Source of the DNA: Corallochytrium limacisporum Hawaii
Taxonomy: Eukaryota; Protista; Pluriformea
NCBI GenBank assembly: GCA_002811645.1
Contig: PDIP01000145.1
Span: 1-39,128, forward strand
DNA length: 39,128 bases
Direction: 5' to 3'
The position numbers and the translations under genes are program-made. Below, in pieces: positions 12,001 to 23,675 of the stretch. Below the pieces are notes generated by a model. It was not told where the DNA came from. It was given only the letters and a program-made list of their open reading frames with translations, and made no database searches. The first letter of the stretch is position 1. Each line of letters opens with the position of its first letter.

Positions 12001-13111
12001 TTCTATTGTTTGGTGGTCGAGCAGAAGAACTACTACAAGACACTCGCTCACTTTGGAGTGTGATATGTCTGGGGTTTGATAAACCTGAAATCATCATCCA
12101 TCATTGCCTGTTGAGCATGTAGTCGACTATGGCGGTGACGAGCAATGTGATGCAGTCCACATGCACACTCAATCAATCACATCCATCCTGCACTTGCCTT
12201 TTATCCCATTCATGCAAAATCAACGATGCCATGAGAACCTATGGGATGAGGGACAGGCATCTGGTCCCTCTATCAGTGAGATGACCGTGGCCGTCCTTGA
12301 AACTGTGTTAAACACACAAACCCCGAACGAAGCCGATGAAAAGACGATGGATGTGATGGTTGATGATGACCAACCGAAAAGGAAAGCGCCGCATCCGCAC
12401 ACACACGCACACATTCGCGCGCACGCACTCGCACAAGCAACAGAAGCAAACGAGTCAATCGGCGCAAACTGGCTTCGTCACTGGAACCGCAAAGATAGCC
12501 CCCCCCCCCGGGGGGCCGGGGCGGGAGAGGTGGGAGAGGTGGGAGGGAGGGAACAGAAGGCCAGCCCCCCCCCGCGGGAGGGGGGACTTAGGGGAGGCAG
12601 GAGCCGGTGCGGGGAAGGGGGGGAAAGGGAAGGCGGGCGCCACTAAGACTGTGAAGGCAACACACGGCCAAGCTACGAACCTCCTTTGTCTGTTGGGTTC
12701 TGGTACATCTCTTTTGGAAGGATCATAAACGTTTGACAGATAGATACAAAGTTACCATTGCTGCGTCTGTCTTTACCAACTATTCCCCCCGTTTGCGTTC
12801 AGGAAGTGGCACAGTTTCGTAGCAATGGGAACCAGGGATATAACCTCGCGCCCTGAAGTTTCCCTTTTTGTATTTAGCGGAGTTCCGTGTGTAGTACGCA
12901 GATTTATACACTTGTGCGAAATTCGAATATCCCCACAAGATCACTTACGTACATGTACAGCATAATCAATGCGATCAAGCTATTAAAGTCCCCGCTGATC
13001 TCCTAGGAGGACATCAGTCCACTCGATCAATTGAGGTTGTGGGCGTCACTATCGCAGTTCTCGACACTTGACCCACCCTTGATTCAATCCAGATAGTACA
13101 AACGCCACATA

Positions 13112-15184
13112 ATGAAGACATTTAGCACATTTGTTATTGCTGCCATGACCGTTTCCTTGGTCGCTGGCCAGCACCTGCAGCGTCACCCCGGATGTCCTCC
13201 TGAGGAAACCGCCTGTGTCTTCCCACCCAACGATTCGGTCATCCTGTCCGGTTCTCGATTCGATCTGAAGGTTGAGATCCATGAAGAAGATGGCAAACAG
13301 GATAACCATAGCGTGACCATGCAATATAATGATGGCACAGCAGTCAGTGTGGAGACCTACTTCCCTGACTTTACCACCGCCGAGTATGAGTTTACGGACT
13401 ACGAAACTCTCGAGGACCGCGTCTTGGGCAATGGCATCACGCAGCAAGTCTACTCGGAGACATGGCGCGAAGTTAGCATCAAATGTCCAGGCGAGTACAC
13501 CATCACAGTTACCTCTGGTACGTCCACTGTGGCTGCTACATGGACTGTGCCTGACCCCGCTGACGCTGAAGCTGAAGCGAAGTCCGCGATTCTCTTCATC
13601 GCAGACGGTATGACCCAGAGCATGATCACTGCGGCACGAATCATCGCCAAGGGCATCGAGCTTGGTCGTGTAAAAGACACTCTGGTACTGGAGAAGTTGC
13701 CTAACCTGGGTCTCGTGGCAACCAGCGGTCTTGACTCTATCATCACGGACTCTGCCAACAGCGCTAGTGCATACAACACGGGCCACAAGAGCTCCGTGAA
13801 TGCCCTCGGTGTCTATGCAGACACAACTGAGGACAACCTCGACGATCCGAAGCAGGAGACCCTGGCTGAGATCCTAAAGGAGCAGAACGGCAAGTGCATT
13901 GGTGTTGTGACCACTGCAGAGGTTCAGGATGCTACTCCAGCCGCCGTTTGGGCCCACACACGTCGTCGTGGTGACAAGGACATCATCACAGATCAGTTCA
14001 TCAACGGTGTCACTCTAGACGGCACCCCCGACAGTGAGAAGTGGATCGATGGTATCCAGGCCGAAGTCTTACTCGGTGGTGGTGGTAAGTATTTCCATGC
14101 GCCCTCTAGTCTGGGTGAAACCGACTACTACGCCACATTCAGCGATGCTGGTTACACTATCATACATACTGGCACCGACCTGGAATCGATAGTCAGTGGC
14201 ACTGACCCTGTACCTGAAAAGCTCCTGGGTATCTTCCACGAGGGAAACATGGACGTATGGCTGGACCGCAATGTCTACCCTGAGAATCTGCAGGACAACC
14301 AGGCATTCCCGGACGGATCTGGAGCAGCGGCTACAGATCAGCCTGGTCTGGCGCTCATGGTTCAAGCCGCGCTGCAGGTACTGACGGGTCCTGGATGCGA
14401 GAATGGCTACTACCTTATGGTCGAAGCCGCCAGTGTGGACAAGGCCATGCACCCTAACGATATTCACCGAGGTTTGGCGGATCTAATTGAGTACGACATG
14501 GCGGTCAAGACTGCGGTCGACTTCGTGGAAGGCAATGGTCTCGACAACGATACGCTAATCGTCGTGACAGCTGATCACGGTCACGGATTTGATGTGTACG
14601 GTGTTGTGGATACCCAAGCTCTGGCTCAGGCAGGCGATGACATTTCAAAGCGAGATGCCATTGGTACATACGCTGACGCCGGGTACCCAACCTATGAACC
14701 TGCCAGCGCGGATGGCTACCAATACAACTGGAGCCCCCGCTACGATTTTGCCGCCACTGTCAACAATGGCCCCGACCACTATGAAGCATATGCTGTCCGT
14801 GACCGCTACCGTACTCCCGCTGTCCGGAATGACGAGGGCATTGCTGTAGCCAACCCTGACAACACTGACCGGGAGAACGGTTTCTTCCAGGTGGGCAACC
14901 TGCCCGGAGCGGCGACCGTAGGTGTGCATACACTGCAGGACGTACCAGTGTACGCATCCGGGCCGGGCTCTGACTACTTCCGTGGCTTCCATGACAACAC
15001 CGACATTTTCCACGGCATGGCTCAGGCGCTTGGTGCTGGCAGCGTGGATGTGCAGTTCTGCGAAATGGTTGGTGGCCCTGCCGACGAGGAGGAGGAGGAG
15101 GAAGACAATACAGGTGCTGCCAACTTGGCTGTCCCTTCCTTGACAGTCCTTGCTGTTAGCCTGCTGGCCATGAACTTAATGTAA
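13112..15184 (+). CDS. Alkaline phosphatase (PhoA family), secreted and probably GPI-anchored, with extra N-terminal domain
   Basis: 690 aa with a signal peptide. Catalytic and metal motifs: FIADGM, TDSANSASAY (nucleophile Ser), QDATPAA, VEAASVDKAMH, VTADHGH, GVHT. An acidic spacer and hydrophobic C-terminal tail with no cytosolic residues follow. Confidence 0.93.
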   Translation: MKTFSTFVIAAMTVSLVAGQHLQRHPGCPPEETACVFPPNDSVILSGSRFDLKVEIHEEDGKQDNHSVTMQYNDGTAVSVETYFPDFTTAEYEFTDYETLEDRVLGNGITQQVYSETWREVSIKCPGEYTITVTSGTSTVAATWTVPDPADAEAEAKSAILFIADGMTQSMITAARIIAKGIELGRVKDTLVLEKLPNLGLVATSGLDSIITDSANSASAYNTGHKSSVNALGVYADTTEDNLDDPKQETLAEILKEQNGKCIGVVTTAEVQDATPAAVWAHTRRRGDKDIITDQFINGVTLDGTPDSEKWIDGIQAEVLLGGGGKYFHAPSSLGETDYYATFSDAGYTIIHTGTDLESIVSGTDPVPEKLLGIFHEGNMDVWLDRNVYPENLQDNQAFPDGSGAAATDQPGLALMVQAALQVLTGPGCENGYYLMVEAASVDKAMHPNDIHRGLADLIEYDMAVKTAVDFVEGNGLDNDTLIVVTADHGHGFDVYGVVDTQALAQAGDDISKRDAIGTYADAGYPTYEPASADGYQYNWSPRYDFAATVNNGPDHYEAYAVRDRYRTPAVRNDEGIAVANPDNTDRENGFFQVGNLPGAATVGVHTLQDVPVYASGPGSDYFRGFHDNTDIFHGMAQALGAGSVDVQFCEMVGGPADEEEEEEDNTGAANLAVPSLTVLAVSLLAMNLM

Positions 15185-15653
15185 AGACAGAGGCTCGTCG
15201 TGGTGTTCGCTCTCTTCAAGGAAGTGGCTTGGAGGTGACTCATCGGAATTCATTGACTCACTGACTCACCCCCAAACACTCGTTCTCTTCTCATAATGTT
15301 CGCTTGTGGCCGCTATTAGATCCTGGCCAATAGACTTGACAGAATACAAACACCAAACCATCATGAATCACAGTCAACACATCTCTGCCAAACCCTGCTT
15401 TTTGTTAGCTATCACAGCTTCAATAAGAAATTCATGCACGCACTGTGGTCCGCCAGGGTAAGCTCCGGTCCGGAAATCAGGCCGATGATGTTGGATAGGT
15501 AAGTGTGCATAAGAATAGATCTATTGGAAATGAGTTCTAAAGTTTGGGGAAGTGCCATAATTGGTTGGGGTTAGTGCAAAAAACAAATTGGGAGTGCCAT
15601 CGCCTGGGGGTGCCATCGCCAGGTGACTGAGATGGCACCGCTGTTCTTCCTAA

Positions 15654-18398
15654 TCAGAGATCGGAGCGGGAGAACGCTCCAGGACCGTACATAGGCACTT
15701 CAAAGTACGAACTCCTGCGTGCTGGATTCTGGTGCTGCTCCTCCTCGGTAGCCTCGTCGTTGGCCATCTTCTTCTTCTTTTTATCCAGTACAGTGACATC
15801 GCTGGTGCTTGCATGACCACTATCCTTGCTGTCTCCAGTGCTCCGGGTTGAGCGTCCCCGTTGCTCTGCTTGCTCTCTGTGGAGCTTCTCTTCGCGGTCC
15901 TTCGTTTCGCGTAGAATTCGTGATTTCATGCTAAGCTCTGTCTCGCCTGGAGGTACGTGCATGTAGTCTGAAGTGACGTGTTCGACTCCACCATATGAGG
16001 AACGCATGTCAGGGACCGTCTGCTGCTGTTGGAAAGACATTGCGGCGGAGCCGCCCACCGAAGGCTCTGCAGGCAGAGGCCTTTGAGACATGAAGTTCTG
16101 TAAGACCGACCAACGGCGCTGATTTGCTTCCACGCACGTCGGACAGGCAGCGCTACTGGCGGTCGCGACCGCGGAGCTAAGGTTCGACTCTACGTCGAGG
16201 CTAACATCGCTTTGGATGCGCTTGAGTGATGGTTGCTGCTGCTTCCCCATCACAGACGCTAACGTAACCGCAGGAGGTGCAGGCGCGTAGCCGGCACTCT
16301 GTTGATCAGGGGAGTTGGAGGAATGATGTGGAGTGTCATAAAGTGAGTTCTCACTGCTGGTGACATTCGCACCGGGCGGGGCGGTCAGCTGCAAATCGGC
16401 AGGGATGGCAAAGATATCACTGCTGTGGCTGCCACCCGCTCCATGGCTGCTGCTGTGCGGATTTACTGTAGAGATCTCAGAAGAGCTGGTAGGGTCGGGT
16501 GTGATAGTATAGCGAGTGAAGACCCGGCGGTTCTGGTGGAAGAGTGCACGACGGGGGATGGCCACAGGCTCGGTTGCCGTTGCATTCGCGTCCGGTACAA
16601 CTGTGGAGAGGTTGTTGCCTTCCAAAGAGCTGGAATTGCGGTTGCTGCTGTGGCTCTCACGCGGCTCTGGGACGTGAACAGAGTCATACGCGCGGTCGTC
16701 CATGGAAGCGATTGTAGTGTTGGCGTAGAGCGGGTACTGCGGGTGTGTGTCCATGCTTACAGGCTGGGTCATCTGTCGCTGAAGGGTCAGTGTAGGAGCG
16801 GGGTCATTGGTTCGACGACGACTGTTGTAAGTGTTCGTCAGTCTGTGCGTGCGACGTACTCCGCCGCCCCAGGGTTCGATGTCCATCGAGTCGGCTTCGT
16901 CTTCGGTCACGTCGATCATGTCGACGCCGTCGTCATCGTAAGGTCCGCTATTGCGACTGTGCGCTGCTGCTATGGTTGCATCAGCGGAAGAATTGCGGCG
17001 GAAAAACCTTCGGAAAGCAATTAGTGGTAGCGCTAACGTGGTACTGCTACCGCTGGAAGTACGAATGGCAACTGTAGATGGGCGGGGTGACGCTTGGTTA
17101 GCATTTGTGCCCAGGTGCTGTTGCTCCATAGAAGCGCGTGCGGTGGCCATCATTTCAGCATCCAACGCTGCCAGAGTAGCAGAGTTGACGCTGTTGCCGC
17201 GTTCGAGTAGGTTTGCTTGATCGGAGGATAACACTGCCAGAACACCGTGGCCTCCAAGACCGGCACCACTGGCGTCGCTGGACGAGCGTGTCAGGCGCTG
17301 GGGTGGCGTCATTGTACCGTGCTTCTCTGCGCTAGACCGTAGAGCCTCTAGTACTGAGAGTTGTGCTTTGTCACGTTCCGCCATTTCAGCATCACGGCGT
17401 TGGCGTTTATGGCGGCGGTGGACAAGTAGCACAGCAACTATCGCCGCTAGAATCGCGGCTCCTACCACCGTTCCGACGATGGCTCCAACACTCATCACTG
17501 GCTCAGACACACTCTGTGCCTGTGTATCTGACGTTTGGGACGGAGGGGTCGTAGTGGCGCCTGGATCACCAACAGTAACGGTTGTGGTTGGAGCCGTTGT
17601 TTGGGCTGTGAGTACACAGGAACCGATTGGATTGAACACAAGCTGAAAGTCACCACCGCAGTCTGAACACTCGAATCCACGAGTTGTACCAAGATTAACA
17701 CGGTTGAATTGACGCTGTTCACGAGTCAGTTCGACACAAGTACCAGTCGGACCACCACAGGGATTGTTTGCGCATGCGTTGACGTTGTCGTTGTTGTTGT
17801 TGTTGTTGTCGTTGTTGTTGTCGTTGTTGTTTTCGTTGTTGTTGTCGTTGTTGTTGTCGTTGTTGTTGTCGTTGTTGTTGTCGTTGTTGTTGTCGTTGTT
17901 GTTGTCGTTGTTGTTGTCGTTGTTGTTGTTGGCGTCGTTGTTGGCGTCGTTGTTGTTGGCGTCGTTGTTGTTGGCGTCGTTGTTGTTGGCGTCGTTGTTG
18001 TTGGCGTCGTTGTTGTTGGCGTCGTNNNNNNNNNNNNNNNNNNNNNNNNNNNNNNNNNNNNNNNNNNNNNNNNNNNNNNCGTTGTTGTTGGCGTCGTTGT
18101 TGTTGGCGTCGTTGTTGTTGGCGTCGTTGTTGTTGGCGTCGTTGTTGTTGTTGTTGTTGTCACCACCACCGCCACCGCCATCATTGTTGTTGTTGTCACC
18201 ACCACCGCCACCGCCATCATTGTTGTTGTTGTCACCACCACTGCCACCGCCATCATTGTTGTTGTTATCACCACCGCCTCCGTTTCGGTTTCTATCGTTA
18301 TTGTTGTCCTGAGCACGGACGGGATGAACAGAAGCGAGGAACATCAGGGTCATCAGGGCCAGAGCATCAGGGCTCTTCAACTGCGGATGCATCTTCAT
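15654..18398 (-). CDS. Type I single-pass membrane protein: signal peptide, Asn/Asp/Gly low-complexity ectodomain, EGF-like module, TM, long disordered Tyr-motif tail
   Basis: 914-aa ORF spanning a 54-N gap in the repeat, so the true length is uncertain. Hydrophobic leader to VRA|Q; six-Cys module at about 17616-17774; TM VGAIVGTVVGAAILAAIVAVLLV followed by basic HRRHKRQRR; tail motifs PLYANT, AYDSV, SLYDTP, RPLPAEP, DYMHV, SYFEV. Confidence 0.85.
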   Translation of the reverse strand: MKMHPQLKSPDALALMTLMFLASVHPVRAQDNNNDRNRNGGGGDNNNNDGGGSGGDNNNNDGGGGGGDNNNNDGGGGGGDNNNNNNDANNNDANNNDANNNDANNNXXXXXXXXXXXXXXXXXXXDANNNDANNNDANNNDANNNDANNNDANNDANNNNDNNNDNNNDNNNDNNNDNNNDNNNDNNNENNNDNNNDNNNNNNDNVNACANNPCGGPTGTCVELTREQRQFNRVNLGTTRGFECSDCGGDFQLVFNPIGSCVLTAQTTAPTTTVTVGDPGATTTPPSQTSDTQAQSVSEPVMSVGAIVGTVVGAAILAAIVAVLLVHRRHKRQRRDAEMAERDKAQLSVLEALRSSAEKHGTMTPPQRLTRSSSDASGAGLGGHGVLAVLSSDQANLLERGNSVNSATLAALDAEMMATARASMEQQHLGTNANQASPRPSTVAIRTSSGSSTTLALPLIAFRRFFRRNSSADATIAAAHSRNSGPYDDDGVDMIDVTEDEADSMDIEPWGGGVRRTHRLTNTYNSRRRTNDPAPTLTLQRQMTQPVSMDTHPQYPLYANTTIASMDDRAYDSVHVPEPRESHSSNRNSSSLEGNNLSTVVPDANATATEPVAIPRRALFHQNRRVFTRYTITPDPTSSSEISTVNPHSSSHGAGGSHSSDIFAIPADLQLTAPPGANVTSSENSLYDTPHHSSNSPDQQSAGYAPAPPAVTLASVMGKQQQPSLKRIQSDVSLDVESNLSSAVATASSAACPTCVEANQRRWSVLQNFMSQRPLPAEPSVGGSAAMSFQQQQTVPDMRSSYGGVEHVTSDYMHVPPGETELSMKSRILRETKDREEKLHREQAEQRGRSTRSTGDSKDSGHASTSDVTVLDKKKKKMANDEATEEEQHQNPARRSSYFEVPMYGPGAFSRSDL
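17782..18290 (-). repeat. Coding AAC-based compound repeat: (G4-6 DNNNND) x4, (DANNN)n 15-bp units, (DNNN)n 12-bp units
   Basis: Directly visible as GTT/GTC/GGC repeats on the + strand; interrupted by the N gap at 18026-18079. Confidence 0.95.
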
Positions 18399-19384
18399 CT
18401 TGGTTGTTACATATGTATTCGGATCTAGACCACTTCAGGAACTATGAGGCTTTGTAAGCGATCTGTGAACCAACCCCCCGGTGGAGAATGGGGATGTCAC
18501 GGTAAAGTTTCTCCACAAGTGCTGTGAACCTGTGTGGAGAGTAGAGTCCATCTACTTGATACTGGACAGTAACAAGATCAATTCAGCCTCTACAACATGC
18601 GAACCTCAAGTACCTCATATGCAATGTCCATACCTGAGTCGAAATTCTTATGCGAATTAGCGGTATCAGGAATTACAGAAAGCGTCGTTAATCTAAATGT
18701 TACGTTGTATCCCCCGCAAGGAACACCTCGATCGTGTAACATTGAGATTGACAGACCACAGTAGGGTCTTGGTTGCACCTGGGGCTCCTTTTCCCCCTTC
18801 TAAGACCCGCAACAAGGTGCGCAATAGTGAATGAACCGCCGAGAAAATGATCAGATTTCACATCTTGCCGGGCGACGCCTGCTTCTTCCCGTAATTACGC
18901 TTTCCCCGGTCCGATCACAATCTCTCCAACAGAAAGCGAGACTGTGGTATCGACGGGCAATTTTGACACCCGACATCTGCGCCTGATTCTCTGCTTGCAG
19001 CTTCAACCCGCAGTGTCTTCGTTTTCATCTTTGTACCCATGGCTATGAATTAGACCGTCCAACACAGTGTATGGAACATGATCCGACATCCTCGAAACCA
19101 TTCTTAATACGCAATCAATAGTCAGAGTCTCTCGGGTAGTTCCCAAACCTCCACATGTCCGTCCAAGACTGAGCCCATTCGCCCTTTCCCCCCGCCTGCA
19201 CCTCGCTCCCAGTCGTGACCGAGAAAAAAGGATGAGAATTTCGCATAGTGAACATACCGTGACTATGCCGTGATTTAAGCATTATGGCTTTTTTATCGTT
19301 GTGTGCTTTCCCCTAATTTTTGATGAAACAACTGGCGTTCTTTCCCCCCCCCCCACCCCCCCTTTTCTTCTCCCACTGCCCGCC

Positions 19385-19454
19385 TTCCCTCTCTCCCTTT
19401 CTCTCTGTTGCCTCTCTTCCCTCTCTCCCTTTCTCTCTGTTGCCTCTCTTCCCT
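19385..19454. repeat. Perfect 32-bp tandem duplication (2.2 copies) in a pyrimidine tract
   Basis: TTCCCTCTCTCCCTTTCTCTCTGTTGCCTCTC at 19385-19416 and 19417-19448. Confidence 0.9.
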
Positions 19455-21032
19455 GCCCGTGCGCCTTGATTCTCCCCCTACTCTGCGGGAGAGCGAGAGT
19501 TGTGTGTGTGTGTGTGTGTGTGTAGTAGGCTTCAATGTGAGGCCCGCAAAAAAAGAAGGGGGGGGGGGCAAAGGCAGCCAGCCCTCCGACCCAAGGAACA
19601 GGCGCACGGGAGCGGAACGCCTATCAGCGCAAAACTACGAACCAACGCCGAAAACCGAGATATGAAGGAACGAGCACGGACGGACCAAAGACGTTGGTCT
19701 GTGTTTTCTTGAGGGATGGACTTCGGGGTTCGTTTCGGACACACAGAGTGGAAGGGAAGATGAGTATGACTACCAGTCGTTGCTGTCAACAGTTCAGTTT
19801 TGTATTGTGTGCATGTGGACAAATTGGATTGGGGAACGGGCCTCGCTGAGCTGCGCACTACAGGATCCGATCGGGCTCAAGACCAAATGTCCCTAACTCT
19901 ATGTCCACTTTACGACGCACGAGAGTGGGGTCGTCGGTGTCCTATGCTCAATTAAGGAAGGAAAGACTACGCGATAATACTGGGCGAGAAAGAAAAGATC
20001 GACAAGCGGCCCGCGAGTGGTTTGTCCAGACTCAGCGACGCAAGAGATGCGTGCAGCAGACGGCAAAGTAAGCAACAAAGTGGAAACAAAATCTGGTGCG
20101 CAAAGATCCCTCGGATACCACCCACCCTTTCTGCGATGCATATAGGACACACTACTCCGCACCCTGCGCTCGCATGTCACTGCACGGGCAATGAATCATT
20201 CCTTGTCACTGATCATGCCTTGCAACCATCCACAGCAGCTCCACAATGAGACCTTCCGCATGCTCAGGACACTGTTAGTTAACGCTAGTAACCAAACAAC
20301 GAAGACGGCTGTTGGCCACAGATAGACAACGACCGAGTCCCAGCTACACATCTCTTACAAAGCTCTTCTTCCTTCTCGTCCTCCGGAGTATCCTGCACGT
20401 ATCACGGACACCCGTATTAAGTACTCAATACATGCTTCAGGATGCCAGAATACACGGGAAACTAGGCATTGCTAAGTCATTAAGACCTTGGCAAAAATGT
20501 GACACGCAACGAAGACCTAGGACTCGAGCTAAAGCTTCCGTGACCCCGACATGGCTACGACCACGAACGAGAACGATAGACCAAGCAAAAGTTTCAAGAG
20601 CTTAGACCGCTGAACATGGACAAATCAGACTAGTTCAAAGATGCCAAAGTGTCGAACACACAACAAAGAGTGCGTTCAGAGTGCTGGGAAACCGAGAATC
20701 AATCACTCACTCGTGAGTGTGTGTGCATGTGTTGAGTTGTGCTGGTCCGCGTCTCTCGACCCCCTAACTCATATAATCAATAATTTTGGACCCTTGCCCT
20801 TGCTCTGTAATACACACAGGCTTTAAAAAAACGCTTACGTAACTCGTAATATTGATTAATTAGTAACCGGGACGATGAATTCATCACGGGGAACCACGGA
20901 AAGGGAAGGGAGAGAATGAAAGCGGTTTCCCCCTCCCCCCTCCCCTTTCGCTTCCTCAGTGGTGAGGGCGGCTGGCCACGGACGATGGCATAATTCCCTG
21001 CGTATGGTTTTGATTGTGCGCTGTGCGGCGCA

Positions 21033-21035
<3 letters not shown>

Positions 21036-21069
<34 letters not shown>
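21036..21069. repeat. (GT)n microsatellite
   Basis: Directly visible. Confidence 0.97.
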
Positions 21070-21071
<2 letters not shown>

Positions 21072-21660
21072 AGGGAGAGTTTCATTCCCCCGAAAACCCC
21101 CTTGGGTTGAAATAAGTTGACAGATCGAAGGAGTTCCTTTGAGACATGGGGTGGCTTTTTCGAATCTTGGTGTCTGAGTGGCCGTTCTCTCCGCACTTTC
21201 GCGCTACCCGTGCGTGAATGTGTGCGTGTTAGCCGTAGGTCGGCAAGGGCGTGCGCGCGCTGCCGTTCCCTAATCTCTTCCTCCACTCCTGCGTGCCTTA
21301 CACACTCGCTCTGCAAAGTTCATTCGCTCGAGGCCCACTTGTATCTCTGTTCCGTGTCTTGTCGGTACTTTGCTTTCCTCAATTGTATTGTCTTTCACAG
21401 TGGGGCTGACGTGAATTTGTTCTCATTGTGTGCTCGTTCCCGTCCTCAGCCGAACGCCCACCACACTTGTTCGGCAGCTCTTGCCATTCTTGCGTTCCAT
21501 TTCCTTCTCGGACATAACATCATCATCACAGAAAGAAAACATCATATTTGTGACACAGCAGAGAGGCCCAGGAGCATGGCCGGAGACACTTGGACACAAG
21601 CTAGCCTTAACTGCGCTCAGCATCAACGCAAAGAAGAGTTGTAAGATCCAACAAAGAACA

Positions 21661-22104
21661 ATGTTCGAAGCACTACCACTAGCTTTTCTGAGTGACTTCA
21701 TCCACGCTGGTGCTGCTGAATACATTCCTGTGGATGAAATATCTTCGGTCTTCAAAGTATGCGTACACCTTCATTCACTTCTCTTTGTATGGCAGCCAAA
21801 GTAAGGGACATTCACATGCTCATGGGCATGCTTAACAGAAGAGTTCAAAGTGGTCGCAGGAGACTTAGAGCAATGGACGAAACATTTCGAACAGAGTGTG
21901 AGGGCAGGCATAGAAAGTATGGCCGTTGAACTCAACATCAGCAGACGCACGACACAAGCGCAGGATACGAAGCTCAAGTTGTAGTCTGAGGCGGTGGGGT
22001 ATGAAGAGTTCCATGGATCACATAGTTTGCCGCAGCGTGTGTGGTCTCAGCGTGCGCAGTCTGCTTGTGAACGGACATTGCTTCTTGGATCTCTACTACT
22101 GTGA
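21661..22104 (+). pseudogene. Probable decayed F-box protein gene
   Basis: ATG in the same A-rich context as the real genes (ACAAAGAACA-ATG). MFEALPLAFLSDFI...EYIPVDEISSVFKVCVHLHSLL resembles the F-box consensus (LP..L..I..Y[IL]..D....VC....L). In-frame TAA at 21802 and TAG at 21982, with protein-like sequence continuing between them. Confidence 0.35.
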
Positions 22105-23675
22105 GCTCCATTGACATCATCAACATTCTAGCAGCGTTCAGAATGAGTTCCGTGACTTTTCTAAAGCTGCATGAGATATTTGATGCGTGTGCTCAGACAC
22201 TGGCGAAATCTTGCATTCCTCGGTCACAGTGTGGGCTTGGGTTCCGTTGGTGAAGTGTAACAGCACACATCATTCACGATCTCATGTCGTTGAACCGTCA
22301 TCGCATCCATCGCAAAACAAGTAGACTGATCCCTTCACCAATGGTCCAAACCAGCCAGGGAGGAGCAGCCATCGGTCGAAATTGGTGAAAATTGATGAGC
22401 CCCAAGTGAAGCACCGACGATAGTGACTTTGTAATATTCATGGCAGGGGCCGAGAGTGTATTAAACGATGAAAACGGACTGAATTGCCAAACCCTACCTG
22501 AACCGTCGACCGATGCTCCGCACGGCTGAAGTCCCCATCCAAGGCCAACCCATTCAGTCTCCTCCGACTTCCTGGACGGAACAGCACGATCTTGCATGAC
22601 TTGTAGCATAGAGATGAAATGCATTGCCTGCGAAGCAGTGTTAATTATGCACTGGCACCAACCATGTCGTTGCTTAGTCCTGGTTGATTCTTTCTGAGGC
22701 ATATTAGTGTGATGTCGGTAGATGGAAACTTCTATTCCGTCCGCGAAATGGAATGAGCGAGCATGCATGTGCCCATGCAGAGAGGAAGCGATGCTTGACG
22801 GAACCCTTCCTCACATCCAGACACATAAATCATGAACTTTAATCCATTTTCCTGGTAGATGCATGCATCCATGCACGGACGCAACAGTGCCGCCATCGCA
22901 GATATCTTAGACGGATGTGCGTCAAACCATCAACAAATCTCCAAGGCCCACTTGATGCCGTGGTACCAGTTGGGACGTGAACGTCCGGGCGGCACGCACG
23001 CGTCCAGACAGGCCCCACGAAGTCCCAAATGAATCTGCCATAACGAGTAGAGTGAGAGACGTCGGTTTGGGGGAACAAAACCGAAAAGGCGAAAAGGAAA
23101 ACAAAGAATGATAGGGTCCATGGGCATACAATGAAGGGAAGGGGTGGTACGTAGGGAACGAGGAATTCTGATAATCATGACTGATGATCTGGAAATACGG
23201 CAGCACGCACACGCAGATCCTCAGACTCTCTCACTCACTCACGCGAACGGTGTCGTGGTTTGTGTACGCAAAGGTTGAGAAGGTGTCAGACGTCTCTTGC
23301 TTGCTTTCGTTGCCCATGCTCACATAACTGCTTCCATTGGAAGGGTATATGCCATACGGGTGTCCATTGCGTATAAATGAGGGAATGCTCCCGTGATGTA
23401 TGGTTATCATGTATTTTTGCCTAGTGTTTCTTTCTGTCTGGGATTATTGTTGTGGCAGGCATGTGTGTCGCATAAACTTATTGAGATATCTTATCTTGTT
23501 TCATAAAATACCTAAGTGATGGAGGCATGGATGCATGTTCTGAATGACGATTTACCTGTCGTCATGGCCGCAAGTGGGTCAAAAGGCAGGAGACTAATGA
23601 AAGTAGCAAACGACAAGATGTGGCTGTTTTCGAACCGGTATATCGAAATCCTCACCTAGGACTTGCTCGTCCACG

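Noticed and set aside
7117-22104. Hemerythrin plus F-box as a split FBXL5-like iron sensor
   Set aside because: They are over 13 kb apart with unrelated genes between them, the F-box call is weak and disrupted, and no LRRs are seen.
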